IMG/VR virus record: IMGVR_UViG_2513237213_000006
Location: 1 to 64,000 of that record
DNA: 64,000 bases
Strand: one strand, 5' to 3'
Source: a virus
Lineage: Duplodnaviria > Caudoviricetes
Both the position numbers and the translations under genes were made by a program. The notes under the pieces are model-generated. The model made no database searches and was not told the DNA's origin. It saw only the letters and a list, made by a program, of their open reading frames with translations. This document shows positions 29,433-40,300 of the stretch, in pieces (within the stretch, counting starts at the first letter, position 1; each line of letters starts with the position of its first letter).

Positions 29433-30133
29433 TGGAGGATTTACAGACTTTTAAACTGAACCCCAAAGGGCAGGTAAAGATTTCCCTCGCATGGGCACCG
29501 AAACGGACTGATTTTATGTCAGGCAAATCCCAGTTCCAACGCAGGAGAATTAACGCAAAAAAAGCCTACTCGTTCACGGTCTGCGGAGGTCGCAAGGATT
29601 ATGACTACCTGATGGAGTTTTATAATTCCCACTTCGGACAGTTAAAGCCCTTCTACTTCGACTATGACGGCAAGACGGAAAAGGTTTATTTTGGCTCGGC
29701 TCTGCAGGTAAAAATCAAAAGGGAGGTCGGCAAGATCGTCGGCTTCTCTGCTAATATTTCACTGGACATTGACAAGCGCGGAAAAATCGACAAGATTACA
29801 CCGTCAGAAAGCGATGTACTCCCAAAGGCAACCCCGGCTGTTACCTATTCTTCCGATTGGAATACAAAGGTGTATAGCAGCTCCCCAGCGGTCAATCGCC
29901 GTAAAGAGTACAACAAGCCTCGGGAGAAACTGTCTGTCAAATTCAAGGGGCTGAAGAAAGAACGTGACAGGGTCATTGATCTGTATGAGTCCCATGCCGA
30001 TTTACCGTGCCTATTCCCTTTCGATGGAAAAAAGGTAAAAGTGCGACTCCCCGACTCCATAACCATCACAGATTACAGGGAGGTCAAGAAAATTGTTGGC
30101 TATGAGTGCCAAATGGATTTAGAAATAGTGTAA
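29432..30133 (+). CDS. Distal tail protein-like (two internally repeated domains)
   Basis: Follows TMP; both halves share ...F...D.L..FY..H....PF.F..DGK..KV.F. Confidence 0.7.
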   Translation: MEDLQTFKLNPKGQVKISLAWAPKRTDFMSGKSQFQRRRINAKKAYSFTVCGGRKDYDYLMEFYNSHFGQLKPFYFDYDGKTEKVYFGSALQVKIKREVGKIVGFSANISLDIDKRGKIDKITPSESDVLPKATPAVTYSSDWNTKVYSSSPAVNRRKEYNKPREKLSVKFKGLKKERDRVIDLYESHADLPCLFPFDGKKVKVRLPDSITITDYREVKKIVGYECQMDLEIV

Positions 30134-30138
30134 GGATC

Positions 30139-30174
30139 AAGGCTCGTTTCCGATATGGAGGCGAGTCTTTTTTT
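30139..30174 (+). terminator. Intrinsic terminator inside the tail module
   Basis: AAGGCTCGTTTCC-GATAT-GGAGGCGAGTCTT plus T-run. Confidence 0.7.
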
Positions 30175-30233
30175 GTTTTCGCCTGTTTTTTATGTCGATA
30201 TTCACCATGAGTAAAATATAGAGGAGTGTTTAA

Positions 30234-30650
30234 ATGAGTTTTGACACAGATAAATATATAGGAATCGTGCATCGAACCAACGGTGACACCTTCAAGGAGT
30301 GCGACTGTGTGGGGCTTGCCCGATTGTTTTATAGAGAAAATGGCTGGCCGGAGACCTTTTGGGATGACGGCGAACCAATAACCCATGAAAACTTCAACAC
30401 AGGAGCGACGTGGAAGCGCTTATTAAGATACCTCAATGGACATATGGAAAAAACCAAGGACATAAATTCCTTGCGATATGGGGCGTGTGTGGTGTTCGTT
30501 GTCAACGGGGACATGCACTTAGGCGTATATGTTGGAAAAGGTATGGTGCTGGCTATGGCCGTGCCTGTCAAAGAAGGAAAAAGCACGTCGACACTCTATC
30601 ATAAGCGTGTATGGGCTTTGGCGTTCAAAAGGGGGTATAACCGATGTTAG
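30234..30650 (+). CDS. NlpC/P60 tail-tip protein (lambda gpK-like)
   Basis: ECDCVGL...HLGVYVG catalytic Cys/His. Confidence 0.85.
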   Translation: MSFDTDKYIGIVHRTNGDTFKECDCVGLARLFYRENGWPETFWDDGEPITHENFNTGATWKRLLRYLNGHMEKTKDINSLRYGACVVFVVNGDMHLGVYVGKGMVLAMAVPVKEGKSTSTLYHKRVWALAFKRGYNRC

Positions 30651-31435
30651 TTTTACCTGTAAGCATGAAAGAGGCTGCGTCTAGTGGCAATCCGTTTTTT
30701 ATCGAGTTATATATCATCACTCTGCGTACCGCAACGCTGTTTTTAGCAGCAGCAGACGAGGACATAGAGTTTGCTGGACAGAAATATATCGCCGTACCTA
30801 TCAAGAGGGACGAGTTGAATAGGTCTCTGGACAGTATAACCAATGATTGCTCCTTGGAGGTCTCGGACTGCTCTGATGACCTTTTGCGATACCTTCTTAG
30901 CGGCTACGATTTTAGATCCTGCCGTTGCAATATTATTCGCATCCAATACCCTGACAGTTTGGAGGACGAAACAAACTTCTCTTGGGTGTTCTCGGGCGAG
31001 ATTGATGAGCCGTCTTTTTCCGATGGGGTATTTACCTGCAAGGTTGTTCGGGAGTTCCCACAGATACAAGTCCCTTCGCGGGATTTTAGATTGGCCTGTA
31101 ACAGCGAGTTTGGCGATGAAGATTGCCGTATGGACATAGGCAAAGAGCAGCTGACTGTAACCAAGGTCACTCCGAATACACTGCGCCTTCCCAATTCTTA
31201 TGACAAGAATTACTGGAAGCACGGCACGATTACGATGGAGGGTGAGTCGCGAACCATCACCAAGTCAGACGGCAACGAGATAACCATTAACCTGAACTTC
31301 CTGCAAGAGTTTTCTTCACGTTCTGCGGAGCTGGTAAGGGGTTGCGACAAAACCAAAACCATGTGCCAAAAATACAAGAACATGATGCATTTCAGCGGAT
31401 TCCCCGCGATTCCGTTTGAAAATGTTTATAGATAG
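30644..31435 (+). CDS. Tail-tip protein (lambda gpL/DUF2163-like)
   Basis: Conserved Cys pattern C...GD.DC ... GCDKT..MC..Y.N..HFSGFP.IP. Confidence 0.8.
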   Translation: MLVLPVSMKEAASSGNPFFIELYIITLRTATLFLAAADEDIEFAGQKYIAVPIKRDELNRSLDSITNDCSLEVSDCSDDLLRYLLSGYDFRSCRCNIIRIQYPDSLEDETNFSWVFSGEIDEPSFSDGVFTCKVVREFPQIQVPSRDFRLACNSEFGDEDCRMDIGKEQLTVTKVTPNTLRLPNSYDKNYWKHGTITMEGESRTITKSDGNEITINLNFLQEFSSRSAELVRGCDKTKTMCQKYKNMMHFSGFPAIPFENVYR

Positions 31436-31446
31436 GTGGTGAGAGA

Positions 31447-34400
31447 TTGAATTTTGATGCAAAAAACACCATATCGGACGAAAGATTTGCAGAAGAACTT
31501 TTAAAACCTTTTGTTCCCGGAGAGTTTAAAATCGACCTCCAGTTGTTTGGTAAGTCCAAAGGTAAGACTGTGGGTAAGATTTTGATTACGGCTGCAGCAT
31601 TCGCTTTTGGTGCTGGCCATGTGGGCATGAAGCTGTTTGGTGTAACCAAGTCATTGGTTGGCGGCATTATGGCATCTTCCTTGGTTGGCTCGATTTGGAT
31701 GATGGCTTCCTCTCGAAAAATGAACCAAAGTAGCCCTTCTATTCAGCGATTCGACAAAGCTCAAGAGAGCATGAGTAGCACGGCTCAAATCCCGGTTGTG
31801 TATGGTATGCGTAAAATTAGCGGAAATCAGACGTACCATGAAACCAACGCGAAACAGAACACCCTTCATAAACACGTTGTCCTTTGTGAAGGTGGCATCG
31901 AGGGCATTGTGTCTGTGTGTGCCAATGATTTGCTTATCCCGACCGGAGAGCAAGTTAAAGGCACTGTTTTTACAATTCAAAACGTCAAGTATGAGGACGC
32001 ACAAGCATGGAAAGACGGGAAAAACTTGCACCTGTATGCCAACGGAAAGGACGAGGTTATTTATCTGTGTAACAAGAAAGACGCAGACAAGTCTGACACG
32101 TTTTATGAATGGCAAGCAAGCACTAGCTCTTTGATTTCGTATATCAACCGTATGCGCATGGGCTGGCAGGCGTTTCCTTATGCAACGTCCTCAAAGTACC
32201 CGGGAGACCTGAAAGTTGAAACTCCTCAGCGTGAGCGGAGAGTTACCATTGGTACTTCCGAGGATTGCGATGAAAAAATATCAAAAGACCAGTTGACCAC
32301 TTATGAAAATTTGTGGAATGGGAGCTATAAGGTTTCTTTTGGTGAAGGTTCTGTCGGTGTTGCGATTGGCAGGTCTATTTTAAAGAAAAAGTATCACATC
32401 ACGGGGCGTTTGTCCGATGAGGTCTTTTATCGGGATGAGACATATTATGACCGTGGCTGCTACATGAATCCCCTTAGCGTAACTGCTAGCACCGTAACAG
32501 GCGGCACAAAATATACCTTTCACGATTGCGAAGCTCCCGATAACTACGAGGAGGTCGGCGGTTATCCGCATATGGCGTGGCTGGACATGACATTCCAGAC
32601 TTCCAACGAGTTGAACGGCAATCCGTCTGTGGACTGTATCGTCAAAGGGCGCAAGGTTTATGACCCCCGCTCAAAAACAACCGCATACAGTAATAACCCA
32701 GCCTTATGTGTGTTAGACTTTCTCACTAACAGGCGATATGGTTTAGGCGAGTGGGTAACAGAGGCTGACATTGACATTGATTCCTTTATTGAAGCTGCGA
32801 ATTACTGCGATGAGGAAATCACGGTCTACGATGCTGACGATACTCCGTTGAGGTCTAAGCGTTATGAGCTGAACATGATTGTTGACGAAAGGCAAGACGC
32901 TTCTCAGTGGCTTCAGGATATGTTGGCGAATTTCTGTGCATGGCTTGTAATATCCAAGGATAAAATCAAGCTGATGGTGGAGCAAGAATCTCCTGTCGTT
33001 CACAAGTTCGACGATGACAGTATTACCAGTATGACCATCACACCGATCAAAGCTAGCGATGTTCCTAATCATTATGAGATTTCCTTGTGTAATCCTGAAT
33101 CGAACTGGCGCGTAATTCAGGTTGTCTGTGACGATTATGCTGACCAAAAGCAACGAGGGAAAGTAATTTCCAAGACTGTTGAACTTAGTGGCGTAACTTC
33201 GCAGTCCCAAGCCCTCCGATTGGCAAGATTTTACAGTGACTATAACCTGAGCTGTCCTATCGTGGTCAGCTTTACCACTGGCATTGAGGCTATGGCACTG
33301 GAGCCGGGGGATGTAATCTCTGTTTCTTATCGGGATGCCTTAAAAGACATGCCTGTACGCATATCGGAAATCAGGGAAACGGACGAGAACGAGTTTGAAA
33401 TAACGGCGCGGCAGTATAACGGCGATATATACAGTGACGAACTCGGCGGCGGAATACAGACAAAGAGCTACACCATTGCAAAAGACATATCCGACGAGGA
33501 CTCTCCTTATTTTGTATTGACCAATGTCACGAACCTCAAGGCAATATCCCAACATCGAAAAAAAGAAGATGGCACAGTCGCATACGACATAGTTGTTTCC
33601 TTCGATCTGCCAACTCAGTATACGGTAAAATCCGCCAATGTCTATTATAAGCAAAACAACGCCCCTGTGAGCGAATCAGGCGTTATCCCAGAGGGGGTTG
33701 CTGCAGACGAGATAGGGTATCAATCGGAGTGGCGATGTGCGGGAGAATCTACTGGAACACTCAAAATCCCCAATGCGAAAATAGGCGATGTGTATAAAAT
33801 CCGAGTGGCCACCATAAGTAAAAGCGGGAAAGAACAGGACATCGAAGACTGCCCCGAGGTGTTGTGCAGGGTTACTGCGAGAGAAACAATTCCCTCTCAA
33901 CCGTATAATCTGACCTTTGATTTTACGAACGACTTTAGCTTTTCATGGAGCGACGTAGTGGATTCAGATGTGGTTTATTACGAACTGCGTTCTGACACCA
34001 ATAAAGGGAACCCAGTCGGTCTACTTGTAAAAACTGCTGCTCCTACTGCCACTGTGAAGCTGACCAGCAGGTCTGGTAAGGCTTATGTATATGCAGTTAA
34101 CCAGCAAGGAAAATACAGCTATCCTGCAGAATGTGAGTGGAACTACCCGAAGCCCGAAGCTCCCGACAAGATTACATTTAGTGAAACTCCCCGGGGTGTG
34201 CGAATCACTACACCGTTCTTCCCTGCAGGGATAAAAAAGGCAAGGCTTTACATTACGGGGGCGTCGTCTTCCGATGTGATTGACACTTTAAATCCTGTGT
34301 ATGATTTCAAGGGGTCTCCGTCTGTCTACTCTATTAGAGCGTGTTGGATTGACCTAATCGGAGAAGGATATGTTTCCCAGGAGTATTCGTTTACGGTAAA

Positions 34401-36225
34401 TCCCACGTTCAACCCTGACTGGATAGCCGATGGGAGCATGTCACTGGAAAAGATGGACGGTGTTATCAAAGGCGCTGTTAAGGACGCTCAAGACTCCGTT
34501 CCTCGCTTGAAAGAGATTACAGAAAACATTGACTCCATTGGAGTTGACATAACCGGTATCAACACCAGCATAGAAGGAATCAGCACAGACATAACCGGTA
34601 TCAACACCAACATAGAGGGAATTAACACCAATATTCTAAGCATTGAGGGGAATATAACGGAGCTGAAGAAGGCTGACGGCGAAATAACTGCTACTATCAC
34701 CAAAACAAATACTGAAACGCAGGAAAAATTTGCCAGTCAGCTGACACAGAAGGCCGAATCCATCATGGCCACTGTTGCAGCCAATAAAAAAGACCAAGAG
34801 TCAGAAGACGCTGCTCTTGCGTCACAAATCAAGCAAACGGCTGATAACATTAGTTCTGCGGTTGAAAAGAAAATCAGCGGTGTGAGAACTGACCTCTCTA
34901 AGTTAGACCAGAAGGCCGAATCCATCATGGCCACTGTTACCAAAAACAAAAACGAACAGGCCAAGACAAATGAAGACCTGGCTTCTCAAATTTCGCAAAC
35001 GGCAGAAAGTATCAGTGCTACTGTCGAGACAAAAATAAAGGGCGTAACCAGCGATATTTCCAAAGTAGACCAAAAGGCTGACGGTATCAGTGCCACGGTC
35101 GCTGCTAACAAGAAGGCACAGGATACTAAGAACGCTGAGCTGACTTCTCAAATCAAGCAGTCTGCCGATTCGGTAACTTCTGCTGTCCAAAAGAAGATTG
35201 ACGGTGTTGTAGGTGACATCTCAAAAGTAAGTCAACGTGCTGATTCCATAGAGTCTACTGTCTCCAAGAACAAAAAGGATTTCGACGAACAGCTGGCCAG
35301 TCAGCTCAAGCAAACGTCAGACTCTATCCTTTCGACGGTCGCTGCTAACAAGAAGGCACAGGATACTAAGAACGCTGAGCTGACTTCTCAAATCAAGCAG
35401 TCTGCCGATTCGGTAACTTCTGCTGTCCAAAAGAAGATTGACGGACTTACTTCCGATATTTCCAAAGTAGACCAAAAGGCTGACGGTATCAGTACCACTG
35501 TACAGAACCGCTTAGACGGCGAGGTCAACCCTAAAACTGGAAAGCGCGAAGGCGGCATAGTTGCTAGTATTTCCAAAGTAGACCAAAAAGCTGATGGGAT
35601 TAGCTCCACTGTACAAAAGAACAAGAAAGATACCGATTCGGAAATATCCCAAATAAAGCAAACCGCAAGCGCTCTTAGCACAACAGTGCAAACCAATAAG
35701 ACGAACACAGACAAAAGCATATCGGGGTTATCGTCAACAATCACTCAGCAGGCCAATTCAATCACTGCTATTGTTACGAACCTCGGCAAATCGCCTACAG
35801 CAAGCGGATATAGCGCCCTGACTCAGCTTCAAAATGGTATTAATGCGCGTGTAGTCAAAACGGATTTCAACGGCAAAAACATCATCAACCAAATCAACCT
35901 CACGGAAAAAGGTACAACCATTGATGGCCAATATCTGCATATTACAGGAACTACTCAAATCGAAAAAGATGTTATTGTGGGGGGCATGATAAAAGCCGGT
36001 TCAATTTCTACGCAAAAAATAGCCGCCGAGGCTGTTACATCTGACAAAATATCGTCAAGAGCTATTACTGCTGACAAATTGAATGTTAGCTCTTTATCAG
36101 CTATTAGCGCCAATATTGGTACGTTAAGAACAAAAGAAAGCGGTGCTCGTGTTGAAATTAGTAACAACTTAATACAGGTGTTTGATGAAAACGATAGATT
36201 GCGTGTTAAATTGGGGGTATGGTGA
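31447..36225 (+). CDS. Central tail fibre / host-specificity protein (gpJ-like, 1592 aa)
   Basis: IPVVYG, YSNNPALC.LD.L...RYGLG, FN3-like segments, coiled-coil repeats, C-terminal LRVKLGVW. Confidence 0.9.
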   Translation: MNFDAKNTISDERFAEELLKPFVPGEFKIDLQLFGKSKGKTVGKILITAAAFAFGAGHVGMKLFGVTKSLVGGIMASSLVGSIWMMASSRKMNQSSPSIQRFDKAQESMSSTAQIPVVYGMRKISGNQTYHETNAKQNTLHKHVVLCEGGIEGIVSVCANDLLIPTGEQVKGTVFTIQNVKYEDAQAWKDGKNLHLYANGKDEVIYLCNKKDADKSDTFYEWQASTSSLISYINRMRMGWQAFPYATSSKYPGDLKVETPQRERRVTIGTSEDCDEKISKDQLTTYENLWNGSYKVSFGEGSVGVAIGRSILKKKYHITGRLSDEVFYRDETYYDRGCYMNPLSVTASTVTGGTKYTFHDCEAPDNYEEVGGYPHMAWLDMTFQTSNELNGNPSVDCIVKGRKVYDPRSKTTAYSNNPALCVLDFLTNRRYGLGEWVTEADIDIDSFIEAANYCDEEITVYDADDTPLRSKRYELNMIVDERQDASQWLQDMLANFCAWLVISKDKIKLMVEQESPVVHKFDDDSITSMTITPIKASDVPNHYEISLCNPESNWRVIQVVCDDYADQKQRGKVISKTVELSGVTSQSQALRLARFYSDYNLSCPIVVSFTTGIEAMALEPGDVISVSYRDALKDMPVRISEIRETDENEFEITARQYNGDIYSDELGGGIQTKSYTIAKDISDEDSPYFVLTNVTNLKAISQHRKKEDGTVAYDIVVSFDLPTQYTVKSANVYYKQNNAPVSESGVIPEGVAADEIGYQSEWRCAGESTGTLKIPNAKIGDVYKIRVATISKSGKEQDIEDCPEVLCRVTARETIPSQPYNLTFDFTNDFSFSWSDVVDSDVVYYELRSDTNKGNPVGLLVKTAAPTATVKLTSRSGKAYVYAVNQQGKYSYPAECEWNYPKPEAPDKITFSETPRGVRITTPFFPAGIKKARLYITGASSSDVIDTLNPVYDFKGSPSVYSIRACWIDLIGEGYVSQEYSFTVNPTFNPDWIADGSMSLEKMDGVIKGAVKDAQDSVPRLKEITENIDSIGVDITGINTSIEGISTDITGINTNIEGINTNILSIEGNITELKKADGEITATITKTNTETQEKFASQLTQKAESIMATVAANKKDQESEDAALASQIKQTADNISSAVEKKISGVRTDLSKLDQKAESIMATVTKNKNEQAKTNEDLASQISQTAESISATVETKIKGVTSDISKVDQKADGISATVAANKKAQDTKNAELTSQIKQSADSVTSAVQKKIDGVVGDISKVSQRADSIESTVSKNKKDFDEQLASQLKQTSDSILSTVAANKKAQDTKNAELTSQIKQSADSVTSAVQKKIDGLTSDISKVDQKADGISTTVQNRLDGEVNPKTGKREGGIVASISKVDQKADGISSTVQKNKKDTDSEISQIKQTASALSTTVQTNKTNTDKSISGLSSTITQQANSITAIVTNLGKSPTASGYSALTQLQNGINARVVKTDFNGKNIINQINLTEKGTTIDGQYLHITGTTQIEKDVIVGGMIKAGSISTQKIAAEAVTSDKISSRAITADKLNVSSLSAISANIGTLRTKESGARVEISNNLIQVFDENDRLRVKLGVW
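35095..35444 (+). repeat. Exact 110-bp direct repeat (35095-35204 and 35335-35444) within gpJ
   Basis: ACGGTCGCTGCTAACAAGAAGG...AAGAAGATTGACGG identical at a 240-nt period. Confidence 0.9.
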
Positions 36226-36563
36226 TGCCAGCGGGATTGTCTGTTTTTGACGATAAAGGAAATAGTCGCCTGTGTTCGTCAAACTTTATTTTTAATGAAA
36301 TAGGTACATTTGTGGCACAACACGGCCTCCCCCAAGAGATTACCGACGATAGAATTATAGGAAAAAGGATTGCATGTTTTATAAAGTCCGTTGAGCAGAT
36401 ACAAGACGGCGCGTATATATCTTATGCTTATCCAAATGGCATATCCATTGACAACAACAAAATACAATGGAGTTATAATGGTAATTTCAGCTACGACAAA
36501 CGCGCAGGTCTTTCCGAATCGTATAAAATTTATAGAGTTATTTATTCTTATGGGTGGTATTGA
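36219..36563 (+). CDS. Tail-associated protein following gpJ
   Basis: MPAGLSVFD..G motif typical of post-J genes in siphophages of Gram-negative hosts. Confidence 0.7.
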   Translation: MVMPAGLSVFDDKGNSRLCSSNFIFNEIGTFVAQHGLPQEITDDRIIGKRIACFIKSVEQIQDGAYISYAYPNGISIDNNKIQWSYNGNFSYDKRAGLSESYKIYRVIYSYGWY

Positions 36564-37379
36564 ATGAGCACATACTTAGAAGTAAAAAACGATCTTGACA
36601 TCGTACAGGTAGATGATACTCATAAAACTTTAAAAATAATCAGAGAGGGAACGCTGTCTGCCTCTTATTCTCGAGGAGAAATGTGCGGCTTTGCCTTAGA
36701 GGAAAATGAGTGTTTTGCTGTTTTTGCTGTTGCGTCAGGAGTGCTGTTGTGTGTCTCTCCCTTAATTTACGATGGCAAGTTGGTATACTACGTGTCAAGC
36801 GATGGCGCCCCAATATCATATAAGACAATAGGGTATTTGTGCTCATCCGATAAAATGCTTCACGGGGCCGGCATAGAGGTATACACCGATAAGGGCGAAT
36901 TGACTTATAGTTCTTTTTTCAAGTCAATGAATTATGTCTTATATAAAAACATCCCCCCTAGTTCTAAAATATGGTCAGGGACAGGACGTGACACCCCAGA
37001 GTCAAAGGCACAATCTCGACTGATAGATAATGGCAATTATTGGGAAAGCTACGCTTACAATGGGCAATCTCCTTTTGTCTTACCGCAGTCTATTCCCTGT
37101 GTTCACAGTGGCTCTATAAACCCATTTTATACAGGGTGGCAAGGGGCTAACCCCAACTATGGAGCATTTACCTGTGGAGGCTTTCGTTTTACCGATAGAA
37201 ACAAAATCGAAATTCTTTCTCCTCTCATTGAGTTTGGCGCTCAAAAAATAATCGGAGTTGGCGATTTTAGTCAGCTCACTTACAGAGATTACCATTCTGG
37301 AAGTGGAATGAACGAGGTAAACCATTATAGCGGGGCTATGGCAATATACTATGATTTTCATATTTTTGAACCCATATAG
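36564..37379 (+). CDS. Tail-associated / possible receptor-binding protein
   Basis: Repeated YLEV.ND / GIEVY...G.L.YSS motif; lower-GC variable region. Confidence 0.65.
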   Translation: MSTYLEVKNDLDIVQVDDTHKTLKIIREGTLSASYSRGEMCGFALEENECFAVFAVASGVLLCVSPLIYDGKLVYYVSSDGAPISYKTIGYLCSSDKMLHGAGIEVYTDKGELTYSSFFKSMNYVLYKNIPPSSKIWSGTGRDTPESKAQSRLIDNGNYWESYAYNGQSPFVLPQSIPCVHSGSINPFYTGWQGANPNYGAFTCGGFRFTDRNKIEILSPLIEFGAQKIIGVGDFSQLTYRDYHSGSGMNEVNHYSGAMAIYYDFHIFEPI

Positions 37380-37395
37380 TAAGGAGTGATTTGTT

Positions 37396-40300
37396 ATTTA
37401 CAATCAGGGATTTCAATTCTTAGAGCAAAGAGATTCTGACGATACTATCCAGCGGGAAGGCGTCGTTTCTAAAAAAAGCCCATTTAGTACATCAGATAAC
37501 AAAGGTATTTATGATGTGATTGCGGAAAATTTGCGCTGGTTGAAAGATACACTGGATAGCGTAAGCAATTCGGATGAGCTTTCTGCCATCCGTGATGACA
37601 TTCAAAACATGTATAACGACATGAGAACCAATGAGAAATTCGGTTCGATTGAAGCTACGGAACAGGCTAAGATTGCTACGGAACAGGCCAGCGTTGCAAC
37701 AGAAAAGGCTGTCGAAGCGGCTCAGGCTTTGTCCGATATGAAAGCGGAAACATCGTCTGTGGCCGACAATATGCGGGTAATCAAAAACAACATCGCAGAC
37801 ATAAAGAAATATCTTGAAGAAATTGCGGCATTGCAAAAGGACGTTGCGGATAATGCTCAGGTCGCCACCAATCATGCTGGGGTTGCAAAAACCAAAGCAG
37901 CTGAGGCTGCTGTCTCCGAGACCAATGCAAAAAATTCTGCGGATAACGCATCTTTGTCTGAAGCTAATGCGAAAACGTCTGAAAACAAGGCTCTTGCTAG
38001 TGAAAAGGCAGCCAAAACTTCCGAGACCAATGCTAAAGCCTCCGAAACGGCTAGTAAAGCCAGTGAAACCAACGCAAAAAACTCTGAAACGGCTAGTAAG
38101 GCTAGCGAAACGGCCAGCTCCTCCAGTGCGTCTGCGGCCAAAACTTCCGAGACCAATGCTAAAGCCTCTGAAACGGCTAGTAAAGCCAGTGAAACGGCGG
38201 CTAAAGCATCCGAGGCCAACGCTAAAGCCAGCGAACAGGCAGCAAGTGCCAGCGAGAGCAAGTCAAAAACCAGTGAGGCTAATGCGCGAAACGCCGAGGC
38301 CGGGGCCAAAACATCCGAAACTAACGCAAAAAACTCCGAAACGGCTAGTAAGGCTAGCGAGAAAGCGGCTAAGACCAGCGAAGAAAACGCCCAAAAATGG
38401 AGCGAGGGCACGCCTGATAGCACTATAGACAGTGACGGCAATGTGATTAATCATTATTCCTCTAAGCACCATGCAGAGCAGTCTACCTTGAGTGCAAGTG
38501 AAGCTAAGGCTTCTGCAACCAACGCCAAAACGGCGGAGGCCAACGCCAAAAGCCATGAGCAAAAATCACTGGAATATAGAGATAGCGCTGGAATGCAAGC
38601 AAAAAACGCAAAAGATAGCGCAAAAAACGCAAAAGATAGTGAAACCAACGCCAAGGAATACGAGTCGAAGTCTAAGGAGCATAGAGATGATGCTATGAAC
38701 TGGGCTGAAGGTTCTATCCCCGACTCCGTGGACGAAAACGGCAATCCTGTAAAACATTGCTCTGCCAAACATTATGCTGAAAGCGCTAACGACTGCTCCG
38801 ACAAGGCAAAAGCCAGTGAGACGCAGGCTAAAGCCTCCGAAACAAAAGCGGCGGCATCAGAGTCCAGCGCCAAAAAAAGCGAGACTAATTCCAAAACATC
38901 CGAGACCAACGCAAAAAACTCCGAAGCAAAAGCGCGGAGCTGGGCAGAATCTTCCGATGTCGTGGAAACAGAAACGGTGTCTGGTGAAACTATTAACCAC
39001 TATTCCTCTAAACATTATGCTCTTGAGGCCGAGAAGTCTTATAATAGCGCGTCTGCAAGTGAAACGGCTGCACAGTCCTCTATGAACAAATCGAAAGAGT
39101 ATATGGAGAAAGCGGCAAAATCCGAGACTAACGCAAAGGCCAGCGAAAATCTTGTAAAAGGTTATTCCGATAGTGCCACTGCTTCGGCAAACACTGCTAG
39201 CGAACAGGCTTCCGCTGCCAAGACTTCCGAGACTAATGCGGCAAACAGCGCAAGTTTAGCAAAAAAATGGGCTATGTCTGATACATCTCCAGACGGAGGG
39301 TTCGACGCTGTTGGGACTGGTGGTAAAACGCAATCAGCAAAAACATGGGCGACTCAAGCCAAGGAACAGGCTGTATCGGCAACAAACAAAGCCGCAGAAG
39401 CGTCCGAATATACCAAAACGGTAAAAGACGTACTAAAGCAAGCGCAAAGTATTCAGGCCACAATCGCCTCATCAAAAAGCGCAATGGAGTCATTAGCAGA
39501 ACAAACTAAAAATGCTCTTTCTGAGTCAAAATCCATTCGGGACAGCCTCTCCGACGTGGTGAAATACAAGGGGTCTGTCGAAAATTACTCCGATTTGCCG
39601 AAGGAAAATAATAAAATTGGCGACATGTATAACGTAAAAAACGCCGACAAAGCCAATGGTTGTAATGCCGGGGACAATGTTGTCTGGAACGGCACTGGCT
39701 GGGATAACCTGGGGGGCTTTATTGATGTTGATGACATTCTGAACGGTGGTAAAAATGCCAAGCTCGGTGAAGTAATAGCAACGTCTTTTACTGGTAAACT
39801 TATCGGCAACGCCGATACAGCTACCACGGCTGACAGTGCAAAGTCGGTCGCATGGGCAAATGTAAGCGGAAAACCAACCTCTATGCCCGCAAACGGCGGT
39901 ACTGCTGACAGAGCGTTAAAAGCTGACGTATGTACAGGCAACGCGGCCAGTGCTTCGAGTGTCGCGTGGGCTAATGTATCAGGTAAGCCTACTTCGTTCA
40001 CCCCTGCTTCTCATAACCACGATTCTTCTTACCCATCAACAACTGGAACAAGAGCAAGCGGAACGTGGGAAATTAGTATCACAGGTAAAGCGGCTACTGC
40101 TGGAACAGCCGACACCGCAACCGCATTGAAAATGAACGAGGGGACAAATGATAAATATCGCCCTGTTTGGTTTGAAGATGGTGTCACAAAATATAGAACG
40201 AATTATAACGACAAATTCCAATACAATCCCGCAACTGATTCTCTAAAAGTCGGTAGTATCACAGGTAAAGCGGCTACTGCTGGCACTGCCGACTCAGCTA

